Assembly: GCA_963833115.1 (NCBI GenBank)
Contig: CAWHWS010000002.1
Coordinates: 368,173-432,172, forward strand
Direction of reading: 5' to 3'
Origin: an uncultured Alphaproteobacteria bacterium
Lineage (GTDB): Bacteria > Pseudomonadota > Alphaproteobacteria > Rhodobacterales > Rhodobacteraceae
DNA: 64,000 bases
A program made the position numbers and the translations under genes. The notes below the pieces were generated by a model. The model was not told the DNA's origin, made no database searches, and saw only the letters and a list, made by a program, of their open reading frames with translations. Positions 10,961 to 21,678 of the stretch are shown here, in pieces. How positions within the stretch are numbered: position 1 is the first letter of the stretch; each line of letters begins with the position of its first letter.

Positions 10961-11647
10961 TCACGCCACGAGGCGGTAGCCCCCGCTTTCGGTCACGAGG
11001 AGCCGCGCGTTGGACGGGTCCGGCTCGATCTTCTGCCGCAGGCGGTAGATATGCGTCTCGAGCGTGTGCGTGGTGACGCCCGCGTTGTAGCCCCAGACCT
11101 CGTGCAGGAGCGTGTCGCGCGCGACCACGCCGTCCTGCGCCCGGTAGAGGAACTTGAGGATCCCCGTCTCCTTCTCCGTCAGGCGCACCTTCCGGTCGTC
11201 CTCGGTGATCAGCATCTTCGCCGCCGGCTTGAACGTGTAGGGCCCGAGCTGAAAGATCGCGTCCTCGGACTGCTCGTGCGTGCGGAGCTGCGCCCGGATA
11301 CGCGCCAGGAGCACCGGGAACTTGAACGGCTTGGTCACGTAGTCGTTCGCGCCCGCGTCGAGGCCCAGGATCGTGTCCGCGTCCGAATCGTTGCCCGTGA
11401 GCATCATGATCGGGCACTTCACCCCCTGCCGCCGCATCAGCTTGCACAGCTCGCGCCCGTCCGTGTCCGGCAGGCCCACGTCCAGGATCACCAGGTCGTA
11501 GGATTGCTCCTTGGCCTTCTCGATCCCCTCGGCGCCGGTCCCGGCCTCGAAGGTATCGAAATCCTCGGTCATGATGAGCTGCTCGCTGAGCGCCTCGCGC
11601 AGGTCCTCGTCGTCGTCGACCAGGAGTATCTTCCTCAGAACCGCCAT
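10961..11647 (-). CDS. cenR: OmpR-family response regulator, CenR-like
   Basis: ILLVDDD..LVILDVGLPD..DYVTKPF receiver plus wHTH (THTLETHIYRLRQKIE); context xth / ribA / L,D-transpeptidase / yggS fits cenR. Confidence 0.8.
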   Translation of the reverse strand: MAVLRKILLVDDDEDLREALSEQLIMTEDFDTFEAGTGAEGIEKAKEQSYDLVILDVGLPDTDGRELCKLMRRQGVKCPIMMLTGNDSDADTILGLDAGANDYVTKPFKFPVLLARIRAQLRTHEQSEDAIFQLGPYTFKPAAKMLITEDDRKVRLTEKETGILKFLYRAQDGVVARDTLLHEVWGYNAGVTTHTLETHIYRLRQKIEPDPSNARLLVTESGGYRLVA

Positions 11648-11797
11648 CCGCGTCGTCCTCCGCCAAGTCCGCTTTTTCGATACGCTCGGCGCCGCGGGCC
11701 GCGCGGGCAACGGTCCGCCCGCCGCCCTCACGTGGTTGTGCCCGGGGCGGGCCCTATGTTTCATCCGCCCGCCCGCGCCCCGCGGCCCGGTGATGCG

Positions 11798-12847
11798 ATG
11801 TGCGACGACCCCCTTGCCCCGACCCCGGCCGAGCGCGCCGCCCGCGCCCGCGCGGACCTGCGCTGCGGCCTGCCGGTGGCGATCGGCGCCCATGCCGTCG
11901 CCGCGGTCGAGACGCTGCCCCCCGCGCGCTGGGCGGCCCTGGCGCCGGGCGCCGTCCTCGCCCTGACCGCCCGGCGCGCCGCCGTCCTCGCCCTGCGCCC
12001 CTATGATGGCGACCTCGCCCGCCTCGCGGTGCCGCCGGGGGCCGCGCCGGACTGGGCCCGCGCCATGGCGGACCCCGCCCGCGACCTCGCGACCCCGCTC
12101 AAGGCGCCGATGACCGCCCTGCGCGGCGGCGATCCCGGGGAGGCCGAGGCCGCCCGCATCGGCATCGCCCTGGCGAAGGCGGCGCATCTCCTGCCGGCGG
12201 TCCTGGTCGCGCCCCTGCCCCCCGGCGCCGATCTCACCCGCGTCGACGCGGCGCCCCCCGCCGCCGCCGCCGCCCGCATCGTCTCCGCCCGCGTCCCCCT
12301 CGCGGCGGCCGCGGCCTCGGCCGTCCACGTCTTCCGCCCCCCCGACGGGCGCGCCGAGCACGCCGCGATCCGGATCGGCGCCCCCGACCCCGAGGCCCCC
12401 GTCCTCGCCCGCCTGCATTCGGCCTGCTTCACCGGCGACGTCCTGGGCAGCCTCAAATGCGATTGCGGCCCGCAGCTCGACGCCGCCCTGCGCGCCATGG
12501 CCGGGCCCGGCGGCATCCTGCTCTACCTCAACCAGGAGGGGCGCGGCATCGGCCTCGCCAACAAGATGCGCGCCTACGCCCTCCAGGATCAGGGGTTCGA
12601 CACCGTCGAGGCCAACCACCGCACCGGGTTCGAGGACGACGAGCGCGACTTCTCCATCGCCGCGGGCCTCCTGCGCGCGATGGGCGCGCCCCGCGTGCGC
12701 CTCCTGACCAACAATCCGGCCAAGATCGCCGCCCTGGAGCGCCAGGGCATCGAGGTCGCCGAGCGCGTCCCCCTCCACGCCGGGCGCACGTCGTGGAACG
12801 CGGGCTACCTCGCGACCAAGCGCGCCCGGTCCGGGCATCTCGAATGA
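11798..12847 (+). CDS. ribA: GTP cyclohydrolase II
   Basis: RLHSACFTGD..SLKCDCGPQL, NQEGRGIGLANKMRAY, LLTNNPAK. Confidence 0.93.
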   Translation: MCDDPLAPTPAERAARARADLRCGLPVAIGAHAVAAVETLPPARWAALAPGAVLALTARRAAVLALRPYDGDLARLAVPPGAAPDWARAMADPARDLATPLKAPMTALRGGDPGEAEAARIGIALAKAAHLLPAVLVAPLPPGADLTRVDAAPPAAAAARIVSARVPLAAAAASAVHVFRPPDGRAEHAAIRIGAPDPEAPVLARLHSACFTGDVLGSLKCDCGPQLDAALRAMAGPGGILLYLNQEGRGIGLANKMRAYALQDQGFDTVEANHRTGFEDDERDFSIAAGLLRAMGAPRVRLLTNNPAKIAALERQGIEVAERVPLHAGRTSWNAGYLATKRARSGHLE

Positions 12848-13329
12848 CGCCTCTGGTCCTCACCCCCACCGGCCTGCGCCGAGGTCGTCGCACCTGGCCC
12901 TGCACCATCGGCCGCGGCGGGGTCCGAGACCCCAAGCGCGAGGGCGACGGCGCCACCCCCATGGGCACGCTGCGCATCACCGGCGCGCTCTGGCGCCCGG
13001 ACCGCCTGCCCCGCCCGGTCCCCTGGGCGCGCCCGATCCGGCCCGGCGACCTCTGGTGCGACGACCCCGGCCACCCGCTCTACAACCGCCCCGCTCGCGC
13101 GCCCCTCGCCGCCTCGGCCGAGGCGCTGCGCCGCGCCGACCCGCTCTACGACCTGATCCTGACGACCGACTGGAACGACGCGGGCGTGCCCGGCGCCGGC
13201 AGCGCCATCTTCCTCCACCGCTGGCGCCGCCCCGGCTTCCCCACCGAAGGCTGCATCGCCCTCGCCCCGGCGGACCTCCTCGCGGTCGCGCGCGCCGCCC
13301 CGCCCGGCACGCCCCTCCTCATCCCGTAG
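12844..13329 (+). CDS. L,D-transpeptidase (YkuD) family protein
   Basis: KREGDGATP, WCDDP, GSAIFLH..PTEGCIAL catalytic H/C motif. Confidence 0.88.
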   Translation: MTPLVLTPTGLRRGRRTWPCTIGRGGVRDPKREGDGATPMGTLRITGALWRPDRLPRPVPWARPIRPGDLWCDDPGHPLYNRPARAPLAASAEALRRADPLYDLILTTDWNDAGVPGAGSAIFLHRWRRPGFPTEGCIALAPADLLAVARAAPPGTPLLIP

Positions 13330-13963
13330 GCGGCACGCGCGCCCCGAAGATCGCGGAGCCCACGCGCACATGCGTGGCCCCGAGCCGGATCGCCGCCTCG
13401 AAATCCCCGCTCATCCCCATCGACAGGCCCGCCAGCCCGCAGCGCTCCGCGATCCTCCCCAGCAGCGCGAAATGCAGGGACGGCTCCTCCCCCTCCGGCG
13501 GGATGCACATCAGGCCCGCGACCGGCAGGTCCAGCGCCCGGCACTCCGCCACCAGCGCGTCCGCCTCCTCCGGCGCGCACCCCGCCTTCTGCGGCTCCTC
13601 CCCGGTGTTCACCTGCACGAACAGCTCCGGGCACGCGCCGCGCTCCTGCGCCAGCCGCGCCAGCGCCCGCGCCAGCTTGGCCCGGTCGACCGTGTGGATC
13701 GCGCCGAACAGCTCCACCGCGGCGCGCGCCTTGTTGGTCTGCAGCGGCCCGATCAGGTGCAGGCGCAGGTCCGGGTGCGCCTCCCGCCGCGGCTCCCAGC
13801 GCCCCTGCGCCTCCTGGACGCGGTTCTCCCCGAAGGACCGGTGGCCCTGCGCCAGCACCGCGTCGACGCGGTCCTCGGGCTGCACCTTGCTGACCGCGAT
13901 CACCTCCACGTCCCGGCCGCCCGCCGCGGCCGCCACGCGGCCCTCCACCTCCTCCAGGCTCAT
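13319..13963 (-). CDS. yggS: PLP homeostasis protein YggS
   Basis: IAVSKVQP, FGENRVQEA, HLIGPLQTNK, GLMCIPP, LSMGMSGDF, HVRVGSAIFG. Confidence 0.95.
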   Translation of the reverse strand: MSLEEVEGRVAAAAGGRDVEVIAVSKVQPEDRVDAVLAQGHRSFGENRVQEAQGRWEPRREAHPDLRLHLIGPLQTNKARAAVELFGAIHTVDRAKLARALARLAQERGACPELFVQVNTGEEPQKAGCAPEEADALVAECRALDLPVAGLMCIPPEGEEPSLHFALLGRIAERCGLAGLSMGMSGDFEAAIRLGATHVRVGSAIFGARVPPTG

Positions 13964-15589
13964 CGCTCCAGCTCCTCGATCAACGGCGCTAGCTCCGCCG
14001 CATAGCGCCGCCACCGCCCCGAGGACCCCCCATGCACCGGCGCGCGCGCCTGCGCCACGCTGAGCGTGCGCACCAGCCCGCCTTCGGCGTCGGGCCCCGA
14101 CAGCGCGCCGGGCGGCAGGCCCGCCGCCGCCGCCAGCCGCTCCGCCCCCGCGCCCGGGTCCGCGACCAGCGCGTCGTAGGACACCTCCTCGAACGCGCCC
14201 GGCGCCGTCTCGCGCCAATGCGCCACGCTCTCGTCGAAGAGGCGCAGCATCCGGCCGATGGCGCGCAGGTCGGTCGCGAATCGCTGCGTGCCCGGCGCGA
14301 AGGGCTGCTGGTAGATCGAGAGGCCCGTATCGCGCGGATCGCGCCGCACCAGGATCGTCCGCGCCCCCGGCAGCGCCGCCAGGAGCGGCACGATCTTCCA
14401 AAGCTGCATCGACTTGTCCGTGACCCGCGCCGCCCCCGGCCAGCGCCGCGCCAGCGCCGCGCCGTGCGCGGCCGCGATCTCGCGCAGCGCCCCCGCGGCC
14501 GGCGGCGCCGGCGGGCGCACCTGCCGCAGCACGATGGGCGCCAGGAGCCCCGTCTCCCCTCCGGCCGCCACGCCCGCTCCCCGCGCGAGGATCCGCTCGA
14601 TGAGCGTCGTGCCCGAGCGCGGCATCCCCGCGACGAAGAGGGGCCGCGGCCCCGGCGCGTCCCGAGGCGCGGGGATGGGCCCGCTCAGGGCGGCGCGCCA
14701 GGCGGCGACGTCGCGCGCCTCGGCATCGAGATCGGGCGCCGCCCCCCGCCCCGCGAGGCGGTTGGCCGCGTGCAGCACGTCGAACACCTCGTCCGTCCGG
14801 CCCGTATCCTCGAGCGCCTTGGCCAGGGCGAAGCCCAGCTCCGCCGCCGGGCGCGCGGACCACAGGCGCTCCATCCCGGCCAGGAGGGGATCGTCCGCCG
14901 CCACCCGCGCGCCCGTCGCCCAGAGGCGGTAGAGCGCGCCGTCGTCCGGATGCACCCCGATCAGGTCCCGCAGGAGGGCGTCCGCCCGCTCCAGCCGGCC
15001 CATCCGCTGCAAGAGGAGCGCCTTCGCCGCCACCGGCCCCGGCCCGGCGCGCGCGCCGGAGGCCGCGATATGCGCATCGTGCGCCGTCAGCGCCTCCTCC
15101 GCCCGCCCGTCCGCCTCGAGCGCCTCGGCCAGGAGCGCCGGGTCGCCCAGGTCCCCCGCGATGGCCGCCGCCTCGGCCGGCCGTCCGTCCTCGATCGCGT
15201 CCCGCGCGCGCCGGGGCGCCGGCGGCGCCGCCAGCGCGGCCTCGACCTTCGACAGGAGGGGCGGAGGAAGGCCCGCCCGGCGCGCGGCCTCCGCGATCTC
15301 CGCGCGCCCCTCCGGGGGCAGGTGCGCGGCTCCGAGCCGCGCCAGCGGCGTCCAGATCGCGGCGCTCGCTCGGTGATGTCGCAGCGCCCCGCGCAGGATC
15401 GCGACCGCCTCCAGGGGCCGCCCCCCGGCCGCGGCGATCTGCGCCAGGAGGATCTGCGGCTCGAGGGCCGTCGGCGCGGCGGCGCAGGATCTCCCGGCAG
15501 GCGCGCGCGGCCTCGGCCATGCGCCCGGCGCGCGCCGCCTCGCCCGCCGCCCGCATCCGCGCGGCGAGCGCGCCCGCCCCCCCGCTCAC
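13960..15589 (-). pseudogene. TPR-containing sulfotransferase, split by a +1 frameshift near 15482
   Basis: Sulfotransferase motifs GMPRSGTTLIE, DKS, RDPRD. The TPR frame is open to ~15482; the N-terminus (GTG 15589, AARACREIL) is in another frame. Removing one C restores ILRAAPTALEPQILLAQ. Confidence 0.7.
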
Positions 15590-15717
15590 CGCCGGTCCCG
15601 GCCGCGCCGCCCTGCGACGGGATTCCAGGCGCATCCGAAGCCCAGGCCGCCCGCGATCTCGGCGCGGCCCGCGCGGCCGGGCCCGCACGCGAGGTGGGCG
15701 CGACCCGCGAACGCGAA

Positions 15718-15740
15718 GGGGCGGGCCATTGGCCCGCCCC
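15718..15740 (-). terminator. Hairpin terminator after porin
   Basis: Perfect 10-bp stem GGGGCGGGCC-ATT-GGCCCGCCCC just downstream of the porin stop. Confidence 0.65.
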
Positions 15741-15767
15741 CCCGGTCGTCCTGTCGATCCGGCTGGA

Positions 15768-16721
15768 TCAGAAGGCCATCGAGAGGCCGAAGGAGTAGCC
15801 GTCGGCGTCGTTGCCGTCCTGGTCCTCGCCGTCGCCGTAGCCGAGCTGCAGCTCCGCGCCGCCGAGGTCGTAGTTGACCACGACGCCGTAACCTTCCGCG
15901 TCGCCGTCGTCGAATTCCTTGACGCCGTAGTTCATCGCCACGGTGTACTCCTGGAACTCGTAGCCCAGCGCGATGCCGTAGGCGTAGTCGCGGTCGGCCA
16001 CGTCGTCGAAGTCCGAGTAGTTCACGATCGCGCGGAAGCCGCTCGCGTTCACGTCGGCCGAGACGCCGATGACGCTGGAATCGCCGGCCTGCTGGTAGCC
16101 GGCGCCGAGGCCGAGGGTGAACGTGCCGAAGTCGCCGACATAGTTGCCGCCGAGGCCGTAGATGGGCGAGTCGTCGAAGTCGCCGTCCGTCTCGAGGTTC
16201 GCGCCGTCGTCGCCGATCTCGAAGGAGGCGGCCACGGTGAAGTCGCCGAAGGTGTAGTTGTAGCGCGCGACCTGGCCGTCCGAGTCGGAGAACCCGTCGA
16301 GGCCCGAGTTGCCCTCGTAGCCGGCATGTTCGGTGTGCACGTCGCCGATCGAGGAGCCGATGGCCGCTTCCTGCATCGCGAAGTCGAACGCGCCGTCCGT
16401 GTCGCCCATCGTCAGGGTGCCGTAGGTGCCGGTGACGAAGATGGTCTCGCCGCCCTGCGTGGAGCCCGAGAAGGCCTGCGAGGGATCGCCGTCCGATTCG
16501 TCGAGGTCGATGGACGCGCCGTAGGTCAGGCCGCCCTCGGTCGTGCCGGACAGGGTGAACGTCACGTCGATATCGGTGAAGAACTGGATTTCGTCGGAGC
16601 CGGACGTCGAGATATCGCCCCCGATGATGCCCATCTGGGCCGAGCCGGAGAGGGCGACCTCAGCCGACGCGATGCCAGCCGTCGCGATCAGCGCGGTCGT
16701 GGCGAAGAGAACCTTTTTCAT
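15768..16721 (-). CDS. Rhodobacter-type general porin
   Basis: MKKVLFATTALIATAGIASA signal peptide, FFTDIDVTF, GDTDGAFD, acidic strands, terminal Phe (SMAF); almost all codons end in G/C. Confidence 0.93.
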   Translation of the reverse strand: MKKVLFATTALIATAGIASAEVALSGSAQMGIIGGDISTSGSDEIQFFTDIDVTFTLSGTTEGGLTYGASIDLDESDGDPSQAFSGSTQGGETIFVTGTYGTLTMGDTDGAFDFAMQEAAIGSSIGDVHTEHAGYEGNSGLDGFSDSDGQVARYNYTFGDFTVAASFEIGDDGANLETDGDFDDSPIYGLGGNYVGDFGTFTLGLGAGYQQAGDSSVIGVSADVNASGFRAIVNYSDFDDVADRDYAYGIALGYEFQEYTVAMNYGVKEFDDGDAEGYGVVVNYDLGGAELQLGYGDGEDQDGNDADGYSFGLSMAF

Positions 16722-16998
16722 GTCGATCCCTCGATCTGGTGTTTCCGTGCATCCGCCCGGAAGCTCCGACCGGCACAATTGGACGTTTCGCCCCGGCCGT
16801 GCCGCCATGCAAGCCGACGCGCCGCCCCCGCGACGCCGCGGCGCCGACTTGATGCACGCGCGCCACAGTGGTGTGCGCCTGGCGGCACGCCCCGCCCGGC
16901 GCCTCGCCTCCGGAGGCGCCGGGGGCCAGGTTTTGCGGCGCTTGCCGCCCTGGGGCCCGTTCGCTACACCCCGCGCACGGGTCTCGAGGGGTTGCCGG

Positions 16999-17484
16999 AT
17001 GTCAGGTTCCACACGCGCCGCGCGCGCCGGCGTCGCCGCGCTCTGCGCCGCCCTGCTGGCGGGCTGCGGCGGCGCGGGCCGGCCCGCCTCCTCCGACGCC
17101 GCGCGCGCCCAGGCCGAGGCCGCCGGCCTCTTCGCCGAGCGCGACACGATCTGGGACCTCTTCGGCGCCGGCGGCGACGACGATGTCGACGTCGAGGTCA
17201 ACCGCTACCTCTGGAACGCCTCGCTCGACGTGCTGGACTTCCTGCCCGTCCAGGCGGTCGATCCCTTCTCCGGCGTCATCTCCTTCGGCTTCGGCACGCC
17301 GCCGGGCGGCGGGCGCGCCTACGCCGCCACCGTCTACGTCCAGGACCCCGCCCTCGACGCGCGCTCGCTCAACGTCGCGCTGCGCTCGCGCTCCGGCCCC
17401 GTCCCCGCCGCCACGCAGCGCGCGGTGGAGGACGCGATCCTCACCCGCGCGCGGCAGCTCCGCGTCGCCGCCGGCCGCTTCTAG
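16999..17484 (+). CDS. DUF3576 lipoprotein
   Basis: Lipobox LAGC, VNRYLWNASLDVLDFLP..DPFSGVI, AVEDAILTRARQLR. Confidence 0.85.
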   Translation: MSGSTRAARAGVAALCAALLAGCGGAGRPASSDAARAQAEAAGLFAERDTIWDLFGAGGDDDVDVEVNRYLWNASLDVLDFLPVQAVDPFSGVISFGFGTPPGGGRAYAATVYVQDPALDARSLNVALRSRSGPVPAATQRAVEDAILTRARQLRVAAGRF

Positions 17485-17535
17485 GCCCGCGCCGCCACAC
17501 GCGCCGCTCCCGTGCGGCCCCCCAGGACCGCCCCC

Positions 17536-20154
17536 ATGACCTACGATCCCGCCGCCGTAGAGGCCCGCTGGCAGTCCGCCTGGGACGAGGCCGGCCTGTT
17601 CCGCGCCGTCCGCGACGACCGCCCGAAATACTACGTGCTGGAGATGCTGCCCTACCCGTCGGGCCGCATCCACATCGGCCACGTGCGCAACTACACGATG
17701 GGCGACGTCATCGCCCGCTACAAGCGCGCCACCGGCCACTCGGTCCTGCATCCCATGGGGTTCGACGCGTTCGGCATGCCGGCCGAGAACGCGGCCATGG
17801 CCTCCGGCGGCCACCCCAAGGACTGGACCTACGCCAATATCGGCGAGATGGTCGCCCAGATGAAGCCGCTCGGCTTCTCGCTCGACTGGGACCGCATGTT
17901 CGCGACCTGCGACCCCGAATACTACGGCCAGCAGCAGGCCCTGTTCCTCGACATGCTCGCCGCCGGATTCGTCGACCGAAAGTCGGCGCAGGTGAACTGG
18001 GACCCGGTCGACATGACCGTCCTCGCCAACGAGCAGGTGGAGGACGGCCGCGGCTGGCGCTCGGGCGCCGAGGTCGAGCGCCGCGAGCTCACCCAGTGGT
18101 TCTTCAAGACGTCGGACATGGCCGGCGAGCTCCTGGACGCGCTGGACGGGCTCGACGACTGGCCCGTGCGCGTGAAGACGATGCAGGCCAACTGGATCGG
18201 CCGGAGCCGCGGGCTCCGCATGTCGTTCCGGTTTGAAAATAGTGCCCATGACAAGATGGCGAGTTTGAAGAACTTCCTAGCAACCAAAGATCTCGACGCG
18301 ATCGAGGTCTACACCACCCGCCCCGACACCCTGCGCGGCGCGTCCTTCGTAGCCGTCGCCCCCGAGCACCCGCTGGCGCGCGCCCTCGCCGCCGAGCGCC
18401 CCGAGGTCGCCGCCTTCGCCGTGGAGGCCCGCCGCGGCGGCACCACCGCCGAGGCGCTGGAGACCGCGCCCAAGCTCGGCCTCGACACCGGCCTGACGGT
18501 CCGGAACCCGCTCGGCGGCACCCTCCCGGTCTGGATCGCGAACTTCGTGCTGATGGACTACGGCACCGGCGCCGTCTTCGGCTGCCCGGCCCACGACCAG
18601 CGCGACCTCGACTTCGCGCGGAAGTACGGCCTGCCCGCCGAGCCCGCATTCGGCCCCGTCGGCGGCGACCCGGCCATCGGCGCGGAGGCCTACGTGCCGG
18701 CCAAGGACCTGCCCGTCGACTGGATCGACCAGCCCGCCGGCCTCACCCGCGCGACGGGCCAGGAGGCGATCGACGCCACCATCGACTGGGCCGAGGCGAA
18801 CGGCACCGGCACCGGGGAGACCCAGTACCGCCTGCGCGACTGGGGCCTCTCGCGGCAGCGCTACTGGGGCTGCCCGATCCCGGTCGTGCATTGCCCCGAT
18901 TGCGGCGTGGTCCCCGAATCCAAGGACAACCTGCCCATCGTGCTGCCGGACGACGTGACCTTCGACCAGCCCGGCAACCCGCTCGACCGCCACCCCACCT
19001 GGCGCGACGTGCCTTGCCCCGCCTGCGGAATCCCCGCCCGGCGGGAGACCGACACGATGGACACGTTCGTCGACAGCTCGTGGTACTACGCCCGCTACAC
19101 CGCGCCGCGCGCGACCACCCCGACCGACATGGCCGAGGCCGGCTACTGGATGCCCGTCGACCAGTACATCGGCGGGGTCGAGCACGCGATCCTGCACCTC
19201 CTCTACGCGCGCTTCTTCGCCCGCGCGATGATCGCGACCGGCCACCTTCCGACGGGCTGCGAGGAGCCGTTCCGCGCCCTCTTCACCCAAGGCATGGTCA
19301 CGCACGAGATCTACGCGACCACCCGCGCCCAGGACGGCCGGACCGAGTACCACTTCCCCGAGGAGGTCGAGTGGCGGGAGGGCGCCGCGGTCCTGCGCGA
19401 GGACGGCCGCGCGGTGGACGTGATCCCCTCGGCCAAGATGTCGAAGTCGAAGAGGAACGTCGTCGACCCCGACGACATCCTCGCCCGCTTCGGCGCCGAC
19501 ACCGCGCGCTGGTTCGTCCTCTCCGATTCCCCTCCCGAACGGGACGTGGAATGGACCGCCTCGGGCGCCGAGGCCGCGCACAAGTTCCTCGCCCGCGTCC
19601 ACGCCCTCTCCGCCCGCATCGCCGCCATGGACCCCGGCGCGACCGGCACCGGCGACGGGGCCGACGGGGCCGACGGGGCCGACGGGGCCCTCCGCCGCGC
19701 CACCGCCGAAGCGATCCGCGACGTGACCCTCGGCATCGAGAGCTTCGGCTTCAACCGCGCCATCGCCCGCCTCTACGAGTTCGCGAACGCCCTGTCGAAA
19801 TCCGCCGCCGGCCACGACGCCCGACGCGACGCCGCCCTCGCCCTGGCGCAGCTCATGGCCCCCTTCGTGCCCCACCTCGCCGAGGAGGTCTGGGAGGCGC
19901 AGGGCGCCCCTGGCCTGTGCGCCGCCGCCCCCTGGCCCGTGGCCGACGAGGGTCTCCTCGTCTCGGACGAGGTGACGATGCCGGTCCAGGTCAACGGCAA
20001 GCGCCGCGGCGAGATCACCGTGCCCAAGTCCATGCCCGCCCCCGAGGTCGAGGCCCTCGCCCTCGCCGAGGACGGCGTGATCCGCTCCCTGGCCGGCGCC
20101 GCCCCGCGCAAGGTCATCGTCGTGCCCGGCCGCATCGTCAACGTCGTCGCGTGA
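17536..20154 (+). CDS. leuS: Leucine--tRNA ligase
   Basis: [11 protein letters not shown] (HIGH), [24 protein letters not shown]-terminal VPGRIVNVV. Confidence 0.98.
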   Translation: MTYDPAAVEARWQSAWDEAGLFRAVRDDRPKYYVLEMLPYPSGRIHIGHVRNYTMGDVIARYKRATGHSVLHPMGFDAFGMPAENAAMASGGHPKDWTYANIGEMVAQMKPLGFSLDWDRMFATCDPEYYGQQQALFLDMLAAGFVDRKSAQVNWDPVDMTVLANEQVEDGRGWRSGAEVERRELTQWFFKTSDMAGELLDALDGLDDWPVRVKTMQANWIGRSRGLRMSFRFENSAHDKMASLKNFLATKDLDAIEVYTTRPDTLRGASFVAVAPEHPLARALAAERPEVAAFAVEARRGGTTAEALETAPKLGLDTGLTVRNPLGGTLPVWIANFVLMDYGTGAVFGCPAHDQRDLDFARKYGLPAEPAFGPVGGDPAIGAEAYVPAKDLPVDWIDQPAGLTRATGQEAIDATIDWAEANGTGTGETQYRLRDWGLSRQRYWGCPIPVVHCPDCGVVPESKDNLPIVLPDDVTFDQPGNPLDRHPTWRDVPCPACGIPARRETDTMDTFVDSSWYYARYTAPRATTPTDMAEAGYWMPVDQYIGGVEHAILHLLYARFFARAMIATGHLPTGCEEPFRALFTQGMVTHEIYATTRAQDGRTEYHFPEEVEWREGAAVLREDGRAVDVIPSAKMSKSKRNVVDPDDILARFGADTARWFVLSDSPPERDVEWTASGAEAAHKFLARVHALSARIAAMDPGATGTGDGADGADGADGALRRATAEAIRDVTLGIESFGFNRAIARLYEFANALSKSAAGHDARRDAALALAQLMAPFVPHLAEEVWEAQGAPGLCAAAPWPVADEGLLVSDEVTMPVQVNGKRRGEITVPKSMPAPEVEALALAEDGVIRSLAGAAPRKVIVVPGRIVNVVA
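19654..19689 (+). repeat. In-frame 9-bp tandem repeat (GACGGGGCC)x4 in leuS
   Basis: Four exact copies encoding (DGA)4. Confidence 0.9.
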
Positions 20155-20669
20155 CGGGGGCCCGGCCCCCCCGGACCCGCCGGACGACGGCCGCGGCCGC
20201 CCTCGCCCTCCTGGCGCTCGCCGCCTGCGGCTTCTCCCCCGCCCTCGCCCCCGGGGGACTCGCCCCCGGGGGACCCGTCCCAGGCGGGGCCGCGCCGCGG
20301 GCCGTCCGCCTCGCCGAGCCCGCCACCCGCATCGACTTCGAGTACCGCTCGGCGATCGAGGACCGTCTCGGCCCCGCCGCCCCCGGCGCGCCGCTCCTCG
20401 CCTGGACCCTGACGACCCGGGACCGCATCGTCGCCACCACCGACGCCGAGGAGACGCGCCGCGTCCAGATCGCCGGCACCGCCGACTGGACCCTGACGGA
20501 CGCCGCCGGCCGCGCCCTCGCCTCGGGAACCGAGCGCGGCCTCACCTCGTGGTCCGCCACCGGCACGACCGTGTCCGTGCGCGCCGCCGAACGGGACGCG
20601 CAGGAGCGGCTCGCCGCCATCCTCGCCGACCGCACCATCGCGCGCCTGATCCTCCTGGACGCGCCGTGA
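20151..20669 (+). CDS. lptE: LPS assembly lipoprotein LptE
   Basis: GTGA overlap with leuS stop, lipobox [16 protein letters not shown]; leuS-lptE-holA order. Confidence 0.85.
   Translation: MTGARPPRTRRTTAAAALALLALAACGFSPALAPGGLAPGGPVPGGAAPRAVRLAEPATRIDFEYRSAIEDRLGPAAPGAPLLAWTLTTRDRIVATTDAEETRRVQIAGTADWTLTDAAGRALASGTERGLTSWSATGTTVSVRAAERDAQERLAAILADRTIARLILLDAP
20244..20273 (+). repeat. 15-bp duplication CTCGCCCCCGGGGGA x2 in lptE linker
   Basis: Two exact copies giving [10 protein letters not shown] after the lipid cysteine. Confidence 0.8.
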
Positions 20670-21670
20670 AGCTCTCCGGCGCCGCCGCCGCCCGCGCCCT
20701 GAGCGCGCCCGACCCCGCCCGCGCCGGCCTCCTCGTCTACGGCGCCGACGCGGTGCGCGTCTCCGAGGCCCGGCGCCGCCTGCTGCCCGCCCTCCTCGGC
20801 GACGGCGCCGAGGAGGAGATGCGCCTCACGCGCCTGCCCGCCGCGGATCTGCGCCGCGACCCCGCCGCGCTCCAGGACGCGATGACCACCGCCGGCTTCT
20901 TCCCCGGCCCCCGCGCCGTCCTGGTGGAGGACGCCGCCGACGGCCTCGCCCCCGTCCTCGCGGACGCGCTCGCCGCGCACCGCCCGGGCGACGCGCAGGT
21001 CGTCGTCACCGCCGGCGCCCTGCCCGCCAAGTCCAAGCTGCGCCGCGCGTTCGAGGCGCACCCCGCCGCCGCCGCCCTCCCCCTCTACGACGACCCCCCC
21101 GGCCGCCCCGAGGTCGAGGCGATGCTCGCCGGACGCGGCATCCGGGCCACCCCGGACGCCCTCGCCATGCTGGAGGCCATCGCCCGCGACGGCGGCCCGG
21201 CCGCCTTGCGCGACTGCGCCGAGAAGCTCGCCCTCTACCGCCGCGGCGCGGACGGCCCCGCCGGGCCCGAGGACGTCGCCGCCATCGCCCCCCTCCCCCC
21301 CGAGGCCGAGATCGACGCCGTGCTGGACGCCGCCGCCGCCGGCGACGCGGCCGCCCTCGCGCCCCTCCTGCGCCGCCTGCCCGCCCGCTCCGGCGCGGCC
21401 ACGGGCCTCCTCATCGGCGCCGCGCGCCATTTCCGCACCCTGCACGCGGCGGCCACGCTCGGCGCCGCCGGCCTGCGCCCGCCCCTCTTCGGCCCCCGCA
21501 AGTCCCGGGTCGAGCGGCAGGCCCGCGCCTGGGGCGCGCCCCGGCTGGAGGAGGCGATCTCCATCCTGATCGAGGCCGACCTCGCGCTGCGCGCCCCCGG
21601 CGCCCGCGCCCCCGCCATGCCCGTGGCCGAGCGCGCGCTGGTGCGCCTCGCCATGCTCGCCCGCCGCTAG
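20666..21670 (+). CDS. holA: DNA polymerase III delta subunit
   Basis: LLVYGAD, GFFPGPRAVLVE, SKLRRAFE, EKLALY; GTG start overlapping lptE stop. Confidence 0.9.
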   Translation: MKLSGAAAARALSAPDPARAGLLVYGADAVRVSEARRRLLPALLGDGAEEEMRLTRLPAADLRRDPAALQDAMTTAGFFPGPRAVLVEDAADGLAPVLADALAAHRPGDAQVVVTAGALPAKSKLRRAFEAHPAAAALPLYDDPPGRPEVEAMLAGRGIRATPDALAMLEAIARDGGPAALRDCAEKLALYRRGADGPAGPEDVAAIAPLPPEAEIDAVLDAAAAGDAAALAPLLRRLPARSGAATGLLIGAARHFRTLHAAATLGAAGLRPPLFGPRKSRVERQARAWGAPRLEEAISILIEADLALRAPGARAPAMPVAERALVRLAMLARR

Positions 21671-21678
21671 GAGGCCCC

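Noticed and set aside
11730-11760. Possible RpoH promoter TTG...CCTATGT between cenR and ribA
   Set aside because: Spacer too short for the consensus
13319-15688. 789-aa ORF ending in YggS, suggesting a fusion protein
   Set aside because: The middle is the off-frame of the sulfotransferase; YggS has its own ATG at 13963 overlapping the upstream stop
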